Translations under genes and position numbers: made by a program | Shown: piece by piece, positions 1 to 10,106 of the stretch | Layout: every line of letters begins with the position of its first letter | Position numbering within the stretch: the stretch's first letter is position 1 | Notes under the pieces: model-generated | Seen by the model: the letters and a program-made list of their open reading frames with translations, nothing else | Database searches by the model: none | Told to the model about the DNA's origin: nothing | Source: Rickettsia typhi | GTDB lineage: Bacteria > Pseudomonadota > Alphaproteobacteria > Rickettsiales > JABSSG01 | DNA: 53,288 bases | Reading direction: 5' to 3' | NCBI GenBank assembly: GCA_945905715.1 | Contig: CAMDPW010000004.1 | Span: 1 to 53,288 of the forward strand

Positions 1-200
1 CAGTTCGTCAAATCAAACAGCTCAATAATATTGTTGAGCAAGATCTGTGGTTTATTAAGATAAAGAACTAATCTAATGCCTGGTTTTAAGAGTTTTCACT
101 TTGCCAAGATTACAATCACAGGAATTAAAAATATTAGAATAATTCAAAAAAAGACAAAGTTTCTATTTTTAAGAATTTTGCGATGTTAATGACTGAAGTG
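1..200 (+). mobile_element. IS6-family transposase C-terminal remnant (pseudogene, cut by the window edge)
   Basis: Manual translation from base 3 gives VRQIKQLNNIVEQDLWFIK, then after a frameshift RTNLMPGFKSFHFAKITITGIKNIRIIQK. This matches the IS6 C-terminal pattern KYLNN.(V/I)EQDHR.IK...M.GFKSF..A...I.GIE...MI.KGQ. End is approximate. Confidence 0.8.
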
Positions 201-274
201 ATGTCTAATATTTGAAATTACTTTGTAATGAGGCATCTTTAGTGATGCTAGAATTGTAGATGTGATGGAGTAGA

Positions 275-1108
275 TTATTGTCGTATCAGTCTACAATTAT
301 TGACATGGTAGTTGTGAGTTGAACGAACAGGGTTAATATCTATACCACCACGTCTTGTGTATCTTCCGTGTATTGTAAGTCTTTTCGGTTTACATTGCTG
401 TATAATATCTATGAACATACGCTCAATACACTGCTCATGAAATTCGTTATGATTACGAAAAGATACTATGTAACGTAGTAGTCCAGCATGATCTATTTTC
501 TTACCCTCATACTTAATATAAACCGATCCCCAATCTGGCTGCTTAGTTATCAAGCAGTTTGATTTTAATAGATCTGAATATAGCTCTTCTTCAGTATATT
601 GGTTACTTGTAGTAAGCAAAGAGGGGTTGGTGACGTATTCTGTACACTCGATGTCTTGATCATCTAAAGATCTAGCTTGAAATGAGCGTTGTATATTATT
701 TATAACCTTGTTTAAATGCAACATGGTAACCTTGACTTTATCACCAGTAGATCGACTTAAATCTTGTTTAATTATTTTAGTGGCCGTAGAAATTGAATCA
801 TATTTGGTACCGTTAAATGAATTGAGATATAGTTTTAAAGATTTTGATTCAAAAATATTGATTGAAGTGCAAGGGACGATAAATTCTCCTATGGCAACCT
901 CTGGTTTGCCTTTAGTATTTAACCACGATATTTCAAAAGCGTTCCAAATATCATAGCCAGCAAAAGGTAATTGATCTAAAATACCGAGTTCTTCTCTCTT
1001 AATTTTCCTTGGTATTGCAAAGAGTAACTCAGGATTGTATGTATCAACATAATTTGATTTTTGTCCCAGGGGAGAATTAGATGGATTAATGTTATTTTTC
1101 AAGAGCAT
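275..1108 (-). CDS. queF: NADPH-dependent 7-cyano-7-deazaguanine reductase, bimodular (type II)
   Basis: Motifs DIWNAFEISWLN..GKP, ESKSLKLYLNS, LLKSNCLITKQPDWG (catalytic Cys), FHEQC and YTRRGGIDINP; 277 aa. Confidence 0.96.
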   Translation of the reverse strand: MLLKNNINPSNSPLGQKSNYVDTYNPELLFAIPRKIKREELGILDQLPFAGYDIWNAFEISWLNTKGKPEVAIGEFIVPCTSINIFESKSLKLYLNSFNGTKYDSISTATKIIKQDLSRSTGDKVKVTMLHLNKVINNIQRSFQARSLDDQDIECTEYVTNPSLLTTSNQYTEEELYSDLLKSNCLITKQPDWGSVYIKYEGKKIDHAGLLRYIVSFRNHNEFHEQCIERMFIDIIQQCKPKRLTIHGRYTRRGGIDINPVRSTHNYHVNNCRLIRQ

Positions 1109-1466
1109 CTTGAAGCTGTGCCTTAATATGTTTCACGGTTTGCATAATATTTTTTAATACTACAATATCTTCATCAGGTAGTGCGGAGTCTGTAACCGAG
1201 GAAGCTTTGATAATAGGATTTTTATGCATTTCTTCAGTTAAATAAGTTTTTACCCCATTGATAGTGAAGCCTTTTTCGTATAATAAAAATTTTATATTTT
1301 TAATTATATCAATATCCTGCGCTGAATAGTAACGTCTATTGTTGTGTTTATAAGGAGCAATTTGCTTAAATTTTCTCTCCCAAAAACGCAATACATGAGC
1401 AGGAGTGTTAAGAACCTTACTTACTTCACCAATTACTTTGTATGCTGTCGGTAATTTATTGCTCAT
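1092..1466 (-). CDS. MerR-family HTH transcriptional regulator
   Basis: IGEVSKVL..PAHVLRFWE..F.QI.P....RRYY and LLYEKGFTINGV; conserved position downstream of ihfA. Confidence 0.9.
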   Translation of the reverse strand: MSNKLPTAYKVIGEVSKVLNTPAHVLRFWERKFKQIAPYKHNNRRYYSAQDIDIIKNIKFLLYEKGFTINGVKTYLTEEMHKNPIIKASSVTDSALPDEDIVVLKNIMQTVKHIKAQLQDALEK

Positions 1467-1761
1467 AAGGATCTTTATTAATAATATTTTTTAAATTATC
1501 AGAAGCTCTAAAACTAATAGTTTTGCGAGCATGTATCACCGCCTCTTCTTTAGTTTTAGGATTACGACCAATACGTTGTTTTTTATTAAGTACAGTAAAA
1601 GTACCAAAATTTGTTAATTTAACATTTCCACTATCTTTTAGTCCTTCTATGATGCAGCTGAAAAATTGACTTACTATTTTGTCTGATTCAGCTACAGATA
1701 AACCAATTTGCCTATGTACTTCTATAGCAATATCATTTCTTGTAACAGTTTTGATTTTCAT
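1456..1761 (-). CDS. ihfA: Integration host factor subunit alpha
   Basis: VKLTNFGTF....K..RIGRNPKTKEE..I.ARK.ISFRAS; located in the plsX-fabH-ihfA-merR cluster. Confidence 0.9.
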   Translation of the reverse strand: MKIKTVTRNDIAIEVHRQIGLSVAESDKIVSQFFSCIIEGLKDSGNVKLTNFGTFTVLNKKQRIGRNPKTKEEAVIHARKTISFRASDNLKNIINKDPYEQ

Positions 1762-1765
1762 GAAT

Positions 1766-2728
1766 TTACCATCTTAATAACATTGATCCCCAGGTAAAAC
1801 CTCCACCAGCTGCTGCTAACATTATTAAATCTCCTCTTTTTAATTGACCATGCTTAAATTGACTATACAAAGCTAAAGGTATTGTCGCAGCAGATGTATT
1901 AGCCTGATTTCTCAATGTTCTCACAATCTTCTCAATAGGAATATTCATTTTAGCGGCTATCGCATTGATAATGCGTATATTTGCTTGATGCGGTATAATC
2001 CAATCAATGTTGTTGATTGATATTTTATTCGAGGTAAGAAGAAGTTCCATCGAAGAGCTCATTTTTTCAACTGCATGTCTAAACACTTCTTTTCCTTGCA
2101 TAACGACGTGACCACAAGGCTCTGCTGAATTGATCTCCCCACTAGTATGTAATATTTGTCCTAAATTTCCATCGGCAGAAAGATTAAAATCAATAATACC
2201 ACTATTATTTTTCTCGGCGTTTTCTGTTAGTATTACGGCCCCAGCGCCATCACCAAATAAAATACATGTGTTACGGTCCTTCCAGTTCAAGATTTTTGAC
2301 ATTTTGTCGACACCAATCACCAGTACAGTAGTGGCCGCGCCTGCTTTAATCATGCTAGTTGCTACTGAAGCTGCGTATATAAAGCCAGAGCATACTGCCT
2401 GCACATCAAAGGCACAAATATTCTTTAAGCCAAGTGCAGCATGAACCTTGGTAGCTGTAGAAGGAAACATCTGATCAGGGGTTGTAGTAGCTACAATAAT
2501 AGCATCGATCTTATCTGCTATCTCTAGATGTTGAGAAATAGCTTCTTTAGCTGCCTGTATTGCCATATAAGAAGTCGATTCTTGCTTGTTAGCAATATGT
2601 CTATTTTTTATACCAGTGCGACTTACAATCCACTCATCCGAAGTGTCGATTATTTTTGTTAAATCATCGTTTGAGACGATTTTTTGTGGTAAGTACGCGC
2701 CGCAAGATGTAATGAATATTTTTTTCAT
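1766..2728 (-). CDS. fabH: 3-oxoacyl-ACP synthase III
   Basis: DTSDEWIVSRTGI, AVCSGF (Cys), PHQANIRI (His), ANTSAATIP (Asn), GGGFTWG. Confidence 0.97.
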   Translation of the reverse strand: MKKIFITSCGAYLPQKIVSNDDLTKIIDTSDEWIVSRTGIKNRHIANKQESTSYMAIQAAKEAISQHLEIADKIDAIIVATTTPDQMFPSTATKVHAALGLKNICAFDVQAVCSGFIYAASVATSMIKAGAATTVLVIGVDKMSKILNWKDRNTCILFGDGAGAVILTENAEKNNSGIIDFNLSADGNLGQILHTSGEINSAEPCGHVVMQGKEVFRHAVEKMSSSMELLLTSNKISINNIDWIIPHQANIRIINAIAAKMNIPIEKIVRTLRNQANTSAATIPLALYSQFKHGQLKRGDLIMLAAAGGGFTWGSMLLRW

Positions 2729-3759
2729 GACAACGAAATTTTACCATAAATATCTAAAAGCTCATCAGCAATTTGTTTATTGATGTTGGCAGTGGCAAGT
2801 TCATAAGTAGTCTTAATTGCATTGGCAAAGCCAATACTATCCATTGAGCCATGACTTTTAACTACAATACCATTCAATCCAACAAACATAGCACCATTGT
2901 AATAGCGATGATCAGCTGTGATTGCTAATTTTTGTAGTGCTGGTTTTGCCACAAAATAACATAATTTATTGAGCAAAGAACTTGAGAATGCTTCTTTTAG
3001 GAAATGTTTATATAATTTTGCAGTGCCCTCTATTGCTTTTAGTGCAACATTTCCAGTAAATCCATCGGTAACCACTACATCTACTATGCCTTCAGATATA
3101 TCATTTGCTTCTATATAGCCATAAAAATTTATGGGCAACTTTGTTTCTCTGAGCATTGTACCAGCTAGTCTAATTGAGTCTTTGCCTTTCATTTCCTCTG
3201 AGCCTATGTTAAGTAGGCCAATTTTTGGCTTGTTAATACCCAATACTATCTTTGCAAAAGCCTCGCCCATAATAGCAAATTCAAATAAATTGGTAGCGTC
3301 GCATTCTACGTTGGCACCAAGATCAAGCATTACTACATCGCCTTTAGTTGATGGTATTATTGCCGCAATTGCTGGTCGACTTATCTGCGGTAAAGTACGC
3401 AAGGTGACTTTGGACATGGCCATTAATGCGCCTGTGTTACCAGAAGATACCATAGCTGCGGCATGTCCGTTTTTTACAGCATTGATCGCAAGTTGCATAC
3501 TGGACTCACGACCAACTCTAATGGCCACGGATGGCTTTTCTTCTGCTGAAATCGTATGTGAAGTATGAATAAGTTCGCAGTAGGAACGTAGTAAAGCTGC
3601 GTGATTCAACAAAGGTTGAATAATTTTTTGGTCACCAAATATTTGAAAAAATACTTTGTTCTTCGGTAGTATTTTTAATGATAGCTCTGCTCCATAAATT
3701 ACAGAATTAGGAGCTAAATCCCCACCCATACCATCTAAAGCTATCACAATTTCGTTCAT
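2725..3759 (-). CDS. plsX: Phosphate acyltransferase
   Basis: IALDGMGGD.AP, SSGNTGAL, LDLGAN, LLNIGSEE.KG, DGFTGNVALK, VKSHGS. Confidence 0.97.
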   Translation of the reverse strand: MNEIVIALDGMGGDLAPNSVIYGAELSLKILPKNKVFFQIFGDQKIIQPLLNHAALLRSYCELIHTSHTISAEEKPSVAIRVGRESSMQLAINAVKNGHAAAMVSSGNTGALMAMSKVTLRTLPQISRPAIAAIIPSTKGDVVMLDLGANVECDATNLFEFAIMGEAFAKIVLGINKPKIGLLNIGSEEMKGKDSIRLAGTMLRETKLPINFYGYIEANDISEGIVDVVVTDGFTGNVALKAIEGTAKLYKHFLKEAFSSSLLNKLCYFVAKPALQKLAITADHRYYNGAMFVGLNGIVVKSHGSMDSIGFANAIKTTYELATANINKQIADELLDIYGKISLS

Positions 3760-3796
3760 GGTAGAACTAATATATGCATTAAATTACAACTTTAAT

Positions 3797-3997
3797 TTAT
3801 TTGGTTTGTTCGTTGTGAGAGTTTTTTTGAGCAATCACTCGCTTTCCTTTATAAAAACCGTCAGTTAAAGATACGTGGTGTGGTAATTTGTATTCACCAG
3901 TTGTGGAATCGGTTATAACGTTTACTGGAGAAAGAGCATCGTGAGACCTTCTCATATTTCGTCTAGATTTGGAAGTTTTCTTTTTTGGTACTGCCAT
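3797..3997 (-). CDS. rpmF: 50S ribosomal protein L32 (Zn-free type)
   Basis: [19 protein letters not shown]...GEYKLPHHV...GFYKG; upstream of plsX. Confidence 0.97.
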   Translation of the reverse strand: MAVPKKKTSKSRRNMRRSHDALSPVNVITDSTTGEYKLPHHVSLTDGFYKGKRVIAQKNSHNEQTK

Positions 3998-4127
3998 AAT
4001 TTTATCCTTGATAAAAGAGATTGTTTAAATATATAGATAATTTTATCTTGTAAGTAAACACAAAGTTGTTTAATTTATAAGCTTGGCATTATAGCATATC
4101 TTACTTAATTTGGTAAAGAAATACATC

Positions 4128-4571
4128 ATGTTTATTAGAATCAGAACTATTTTTTCTATACTATCTCTCGTGATTATACTTACTGCATGCTTTAGTAAGT
4201 ATGTTACTCATGGATATCCAGAAGACGAACTCAAAATCAAAAAATTGCAAATAGGAGTAACTAACAAGGAAGAGGTTACGGAGTTATTAGGTGATCCTAG
4301 CACAGTATCAACATTTGATCAAAATATATGGTATTATATATCAACTAAGATGAAATCAGTAAGTTTTTTTCGACCAAAAATAATTCAGGAGCAAATAATG
4401 CAATTAAACTTTAAAAACAGTAAGTTAGATAAAGTAAAATTTACTGATAGTCTTACTAAAAAGCAAATTGTCTTCAACAAGGAGAAATCTTTAGTGGCAG
4501 GCGATGATTCTAGTTTGTTAAAGGATTTTTTCCATAATTTCGGAAGATTTAACAAGGCGCTTGCTAGGTAA
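4128..4571 (+). CDS. bamE: Outer membrane assembly lipoprotein BamE (SmpA/OmlA)
   Basis: Lipobox LTAC, then G.TNKEEV..LLGDPS.....NIWYYIS. ATG at 4128 preferred over the TTG at 4110. Confidence 0.85.
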   Translation: MFIRIRTIFSILSLVIILTACFSKYVTHGYPEDELKIKKLQIGVTNKEEVTELLGDPSTVSTFDQNIWYYISTKMKSVSFFRPKIIQEQIMQLNFKNSKLDKVKFTDSLTKKQIVFNKEKSLVAGDDSSLLKDFFHNFGRFNKALAR

Positions 4572-4678
4572 AAAATAGACAGTATTTAGAGCTAAATTTC
4601 TTATGTGTAGTAAAAACATCTTTACGATACGTAATAAAGAGCTACTATTACAAACGGTATATTATATTGTGGGTATGA

Positions 4679-7087
4679 ATGTTTGGCCTATTTAGTAACA
4701 AGAATGACAATGACGGGGTAAGGTTAGAAGCCCCAGTTCCTAGTTTTATTCCGTATGCTTGCCATTATGATAAAAACACCATTTTGACCAAAAATGGTGA
4801 ATTATTGCAAACAATAAAAATTGTTGGCTTTACTTATGAAACGCTTGGTGGCACAAGTTTAGGTTTACGTGATACTGTTAGGAAAGCAATTTTGGAGAGA
4901 GTAAGGTCGTCTAATTTTGCTCTAACTTTTCATACAGTTAGAAGAAAACGTAGTCTCGATTCCAAGCCAGAATACCCTGTTTTTTTTGCACAAAAATTAC
5001 ACGAACAGTGGGTAAAACAAAATAGTTGGGACGATAAATATATTAACGAGCTTTATCTGACTGTGATTCATTCTGGTTTTAACTTAAAATTAAAATCAAC
5101 AGATGTATTGCGTTATTTTAATTCAGGAAAGCTATACAAGGCACATAAAGACTATCTCGATGACGCGCATGCTGAACTTAATGAAACAGTAATAGATTTA
5201 TTGGAGGTATTGTCTCATTACGGGGCGCTTAGACTTGGCTTAGTATTTCATTCAGAACTAGGTTATGTTTCTGACATTCTAAAATTCTTTGGTAAAATCA
5301 TACACTTAGAAGAAGATGACATGCCAATACCTATGGCTGATTTATCAAAATACTTGGCAAAGTATAAAATCGCTTTTGGAAACAACACCATTGAAGTCAG
5401 AAAGAATAACGAGAAGGTTTTTGGCTCAATTATGTCAGTGAAATCTTATTATGATGTTTCAGCAGAAGTTTTGGATAGATTTTTACAATTGCCTCAACAA
5501 TTTGTTGTGACCCAGACTATAAATTTTATCGATAAAAAAAGTACTTTGAGTCATTTTAAATATCAAAACTACGTTTTAGATGTTAGCGGTGATAAAGAAT
5601 TTAAGTGCATCACTGGCTTAGATGTCTTGTTTGATCAAACTAAAAAATCTTCTGTAGATTACTGCTCTACCCAGTTAACTATTATGGTGATGGCAAAAAA
5701 TTTATCTGATTTGGAAGAAAAGATGCAATTAGCAGCTAAAGTTTTATATGACATTGGTTTGCCAGTTGTTAGAGAGGATCTAAATTTAGAACATTGTTTT
5801 TGGTCTCAGTTGCCAGCTAATTTTAGCTATATTACTAGAAATAGCCTCATGTCTACTTCTAATATTGCAGGATTAGCTTCTTTGCATAATTTTCCAGTTG
5901 GTTCTTTGATTTCAAAGTGGGGAGAGGCTGTGACATTATTAAAAACTGCACTTGGCACACCTTATTTTTTCAATTTTCATGTTAAAGATAATGGTCACAC
6001 CATCATTGTAGGTCACGATGATTCAGGCAAGGTTACTTTGCTGAATTTTTTAATTTCAGAATCATTGAAATACAAGCTTAATATTTTTTATATCGATGTA
6101 AAGCATGAATCTGAAATCTTCATTAAAGCACTTGGCGGCAAGTATTTATATTTCACAATTAAGCCAACAAAAACTTCAGCAAAGTTTAATCCATTATTGT
6201 TGCAAGATAACAAAGAGAATCGAGAATTTTTATGTAATTGGTTTTTCTATTTACTTGATAAGTATATCGATTACGAGGGAGCTGAAGAATATATTGCAGT
6301 GGTAGCAGCAGCGGTTGATATTATTTACAATACCGCTACTAAAAAGAGAAAACTATCAAATGCTCAAGATTTTTTTAATTTACCTGAATTTGCTGACCTC
6401 AATAAAATTATTATTAAAAAACTATCAAAATGGTACGGTCAAGGCAAATATGCTCATATTTTTGATAACGACCAAGATGATTTGACTTATGATAACAAAA
6501 TTTTGGCTATAGACATGGCAGAAATTTACGATACCGACATCAGCTTTAATTTGCCAATATTATATTATTTAATGTATTTTTTTAAAATTTATTATGTGGG
6601 AACACCTTCTATTATTGCTGTGTCCGGAGGCAATAGAATATTTAATAATTTATATTTCGAAAAGAATCTAGCAAGATGGTTAGATGATTTTGCTAAAGCT
6701 AATTCAATTATGGTTGTTTCAGCATCATTTAGTACAAAAAATACTAGTTGGAGTACTGTTGTAGGTAGTATTTATCAAGAGAAAATGGCAACAAAAATAT
6801 TTTTACCAGACGAGACTTCTTATGCTAATATAAAGACAATATTTCAATTAAGTGAACAAGAAAGTATGTATTTAGAAGCTTTAGAGGTATCGAGAAGACA
6901 ATTTATTATTAGACAGTCGGATGTTTCTATTATTTTAGAGATGAACCTAAAAGACCTAGATCTAGCATTGAACATTCTTTCTTGCTGCTCTGAAGAAGCG
7001 AAACGTAAAATACACGATATTATTGCAACATATGGTGAATCTAATGATACTTGGGTTAAAAAGCTATATAGTCTAGAATCTGTCTAA
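4679..7087 (+). CDS. virB4: VirB4-family type IV secretion protein, degenerate paralog (RvhB4-II/VirB4-2 type)
   Basis: IPYACHYD..TILTKNGEL.Q.IKI.G, FWSQLPANF, LASLHNF, TPYFFNFH..DNGHT.IVG; Walker A read as GHDDSGKVT; no other vir genes nearby. Confidence 0.88.
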   Translation: MFGLFSNKNDNDGVRLEAPVPSFIPYACHYDKNTILTKNGELLQTIKIVGFTYETLGGTSLGLRDTVRKAILERVRSSNFALTFHTVRRKRSLDSKPEYPVFFAQKLHEQWVKQNSWDDKYINELYLTVIHSGFNLKLKSTDVLRYFNSGKLYKAHKDYLDDAHAELNETVIDLLEVLSHYGALRLGLVFHSELGYVSDILKFFGKIIHLEEDDMPIPMADLSKYLAKYKIAFGNNTIEVRKNNEKVFGSIMSVKSYYDVSAEVLDRFLQLPQQFVVTQTINFIDKKSTLSHFKYQNYVLDVSGDKEFKCITGLDVLFDQTKKSSVDYCSTQLTIMVMAKNLSDLEEKMQLAAKVLYDIGLPVVREDLNLEHCFWSQLPANFSYITRNSLMSTSNIAGLASLHNFPVGSLISKWGEAVTLLKTALGTPYFFNFHVKDNGHTIIVGHDDSGKVTLLNFLISESLKYKLNIFYIDVKHESEIFIKALGGKYLYFTIKPTKTSAKFNPLLLQDNKENREFLCNWFFYLLDKYIDYEGAEEYIAVVAAAVDIIYNTATKKRKLSNAQDFFNLPEFADLNKIIIKKLSKWYGQGKYAHIFDNDQDDLTYDNKILAIDMAEIYDTDISFNLPILYYLMYFFKIYYVGTPSIIAVSGGNRIFNNLYFEKNLARWLDDFAKANSIMVVSASFSTKNTSWSTVVGSIYQEKMATKIFLPDETSYANIKTIFQLSEQESMYLEALEVSRRQFIIRQSDVSIILEMNLKDLDLALNILSCCSEEAKRKIHDIIATYGESNDTWVKKLYSLESV

Positions 7088-7150
7088 TATTTTTAGGCTC
7101 TAAAAAGCATATATTTTGAAACGCCATCTTATATCACCAACATTTTATAA

Positions 7151-7197
7151 ACACTATATCTAGTAGCAAAATATAAAAAATACACAATATACTCTAA
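7151..7197 (+). promoter_or_regulatory. Tandem NrdR boxes upstream of nrdA
   Basis: ACACTATATCTAGTAG at 7151 fits the consensus acaCwAtATaTwGtg. A weaker copy, ACACAATATACTCTAA, starts at 7182, 31 bp later. Confidence 0.65.
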
Positions 7198-7305
7198 AAT
7201 ATATAGACAATACAGCTAACTGCTATTACTATTCATTATCGGAGCAGTCGTCTATATATCATTATAATAGATATAGATGGAATAGTTATTTTTATTAGGT
7301 ATTTT

Positions 7306-9099
7306 ATGAAGTTTGATATAAAAATCGACACTACAAATAATACGAAGCTTTCGGAGTTTGGTAAGGCGGTATTACAAGACAGGTACTTGTTAGATGGAGA
7401 GGATTTTCAAGATTTATTTTCTAGAGTTGCCGTATACTATGCTGATGATCAGAAACACGCTCAGCGTCTTTATAATTACATAAGTAACTTATGGTTTATG
7501 CCAGCAACCCCCATTTTAAGCAATGGAGGAACTAATCGTGGTTTGCCTATTTCTTGTTATTTAAACGAAACTTCTGATAGTTTGGAAGGTATAGTAGACC
7601 TGTGGACAGAAAATGTTTGGTTGGCTGCAAGAGGTGGAGGAATAGGAAGTTATTGGGGTAATTTGCGCTCGATAGGTGAGAAAGTTAAAGGGAACGGTCA
7701 AACCTCCGGAGTGATTCCATTTATTTGCGTACAAGATTCTTTAACTTTGGCAATTTCTCAAGGTAGTTTGCGCCGGGGAAGTTCTGCTTTATACATGCCA
7801 GTTACTCATCCTGAGATAGAAGAATTTATTGATATAAGGCGACCAACAGGAGGAGATCCTAATCGTAAAGCGCTTAATATTCATAATGGAGTAGTCATTA
7901 CTGATGATTTTATGAAGGCGGTAGAAAAAGGAGAAGAGTGGCATTTGCGTAGTCCTAAAAATGCTGAAATTATACATACTATAAAAGCACGTGATTTATG
8001 GGCAAAGATTCTTACTACTAGAATTGAAACTGGAGAGCCGTACTTATTATTTATAGACACAGTAAATCGCTATATTCCTGAGCATCATAGAAAACTTAAT
8101 TTATTGGTCAAGACTTCTAATTTATGCAATGAGATAACTTTACCAACAGGCCAAGATTATTTAGGTAACCAGCGTACTGCAGTATGCTGCCTATCTTCTT
8201 TGAATCTCGAGTATTATGATGATTGGTGCGATAATGAAGAATTTATTGTGGATGTAATGCGTTTTTTGGACAATGTACTGCAAGATTTCATTGATAATGC
8301 CCCAGATGTTATGAAGAGAGCTAAATATTCAGCAATGCGTGAACGGAGTGTGGGTTTAGGTGTAATGGGTTTGCACTCATTTTTACAGGTGCATAATACT
8401 CCTATAGAATCAGTAATGGCAAAAGTGTGGAATAAGAAAATTTTTGTACATATTAAAAAAGAAGTAGACAAATCTTCAGTAATACTTGCTAAAGAAAAAG
8501 GTGCATGTCCAGATGCAGAAGCATGTGGTGTGATGGAGAGATTTAGTAATAAAATGGCTATAGCGCCAACCGCATCGATTTCTATTATTGCAAACAATTC
8601 TTCCCCTGGTATTGAGCCGTATGCTGCAAATAGCTTTACACAGAAAACTTTGTCAGGGTCATTTATTGTGCGTAATAAAAACTTAATTGCATTATTAAAA
8701 AATAAGAGCATGAACACGGATAAAGTATGGTCGTCAATTGCTACTCATGAAGGCTCGGTACAACAATTAGATTGCTTATCTCAAGAGGAAAAAGATATAT
8801 TTAAAACAGCCCAAGAGATTGATCAGAGGTGGTTGATTGATTTAGCTGCCGATAGGACCGCTTATATTTGTCAGGGACAGTCATTGAATATATTTTTACC
8901 TGGTAACGTAAGTAAACAATGTTTACATGATGTGCATTTTATGGCATGGAAAAAAGGAGTTAAAGGTATGTACTATTGCCGCTCAACTGCATTACAACGT
9001 GCAGAAAAAGTAGCGCATAAGGTTGTAGGTCAGGCATTAGCAAATGATCTAATTGCTAAAGAAGAAAGTAAATACGAAGAATGTTTAGCTTGTCAGTAA
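7306..9099 (+). CDS. nrdA: Class Ia ribonucleoside-diphosphate reductase alpha subunit, short form without ATP-cone
   Basis: PATPILSNGG, LPISC, SNLCNE (thiyl Cys), AIAPTASIS, GVKGMYY and C-terminal CLAC. Confidence 0.97.
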   Translation: MKFDIKIDTTNNTKLSEFGKAVLQDRYLLDGEDFQDLFSRVAVYYADDQKHAQRLYNYISNLWFMPATPILSNGGTNRGLPISCYLNETSDSLEGIVDLWTENVWLAARGGGIGSYWGNLRSIGEKVKGNGQTSGVIPFICVQDSLTLAISQGSLRRGSSALYMPVTHPEIEEFIDIRRPTGGDPNRKALNIHNGVVITDDFMKAVEKGEEWHLRSPKNAEIIHTIKARDLWAKILTTRIETGEPYLLFIDTVNRYIPEHHRKLNLLVKTSNLCNEITLPTGQDYLGNQRTAVCCLSSLNLEYYDDWCDNEEFIVDVMRFLDNVLQDFIDNAPDVMKRAKYSAMRERSVGLGVMGLHSFLQVHNTPIESVMAKVWNKKIFVHIKKEVDKSSVILAKEKGACPDAEACGVMERFSNKMAIAPTASISIIANNSSPGIEPYAANSFTQKTLSGSFIVRNKNLIALLKNKSMNTDKVWSSIATHEGSVQQLDCLSQEEKDIFKTAQEIDQRWLIDLAADRTAYICQGQSLNIFLPGNVSKQCLHDVHFMAWKKGVKGMYYCRSTALQRAEKVAHKVVGQALANDLIAKEESKYEECLACQ

Positions 9100-9122
9100 T
9101 TTAGGTAATCAAGGAGAAAAAT

Positions 9123-10106
9123 ATGGGACTTTTAGATGCGAAACCAATTTATAAACCTTTCTTGTATCCCTGGGCTTACGATGCTTGGCTGATGCAGCAA
9201 AAGATTCACTGGCTACCTGAGGAAGTGCCATTAGCAGATGATGTGAAAGACTGGAAATATAACCTTACTCCAGGTGAAAAGCATTTGTTAACTCAAATTT
9301 TTCGCTTTTTTACCCAAGCTGATATTGAAGTAAATAATTGTTACATGAAACATTATTCACGTGTTTTTCAGCCAACCGAAGTGCAGATGATGCTAGCTGC
9401 TTTTTCTAATATGGAAACTATTCATATTGCTGCATACTCTCATTTACTTGATACCATTGGTATGCCAGAGAGTGAGTATCAAGCATTTATGAAATACAAG
9501 CAAATGAAAGATAAATATGATTATATGCATAAATTTGGTGTCGAAACCAAAGAAGCTATAGCCATTACTTTGGCAGTATTTGGCGCTTTTACCGAAGGGT
9601 TGCAGTTATTTGCATCTTTTGCAATTTTACTTAATTTTCAACGATTTAATAAAATGAAGGGAATGTGTCAAATTGTCACTTGGTCAGTGCGTGATGAAAG
9701 TTTACACACACACTCTATTATTAAGTTGTTTCGCACATTTATCCAAGAATATCCAGAAGTATGGACTGAAAAAGTACGTAGCGAAATATATGAAGCATGC
9801 GCAACCATTGTTCATTTTGAAGATGCTTTTATTGATTTAGCTTTTGAAGTTGGTGATTTAGAAGGATTAACAGCACGTGAAGTAAAGCAATACATAAGAT
9901 TTATTGCAGATCGTAGGTTAATGCAATTAGGTATGAAAGAGATTTATTTAACTGATCACAACCCGTTACCATGGTTAGATGAAATTTTAAATGGTGTTGA
10001 GCATGCTAATTTTTTTGAAAGTAGAGTAACGGAGTATTCCAAAGCTGCCACTCTTGGGACATGGGACGAAGTATTTAATAATTTAGATAAAGAGCAAGAT
10101 GCCTAG
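9123..10106 (+). CDS. nrdB: Ribonucleoside-diphosphate reductase beta subunit
   Basis: HWLPEEV, FFTQADIEV, ETIHIAAY (radical Tyr), EGLQLF, RDESLH, NFFE.RVTEY. Confidence 0.97.
   Translation: MGLLDAKPIYKPFLYPWAYDAWLMQQKIHWLPEEVPLADDVKDWKYNLTPGEKHLLTQIFRFFTQADIEVNNCYMKHYSRVFQPTEVQMMLAAFSNMETIHIAAYSHLLDTIGMPESEYQAFMKYKQMKDKYDYMHKFGVETKEAIAITLAVFGAFTEGLQLFASFAILLNFQRFNKMKGMCQIVTWSVRDESLHTHSIIKLFRTFIQEYPEVWTEKVRSEIYEACATIVHFEDAFIDLAFEVGDLEGLTAREVKQYIRFIADRRLMQLGMKEIYLTDHNPLPWLDEILNGVEHANFFESRVTEYSKAATLGTWDEVFNNLDKEQDA

Noticed and set aside
7218-7278. Short inverted repeats in the nrdA leader as a riboswitch
   Set aside because: Only 6-7 bp AT-rich stems, with no cobalamin or other aptamer consensus.
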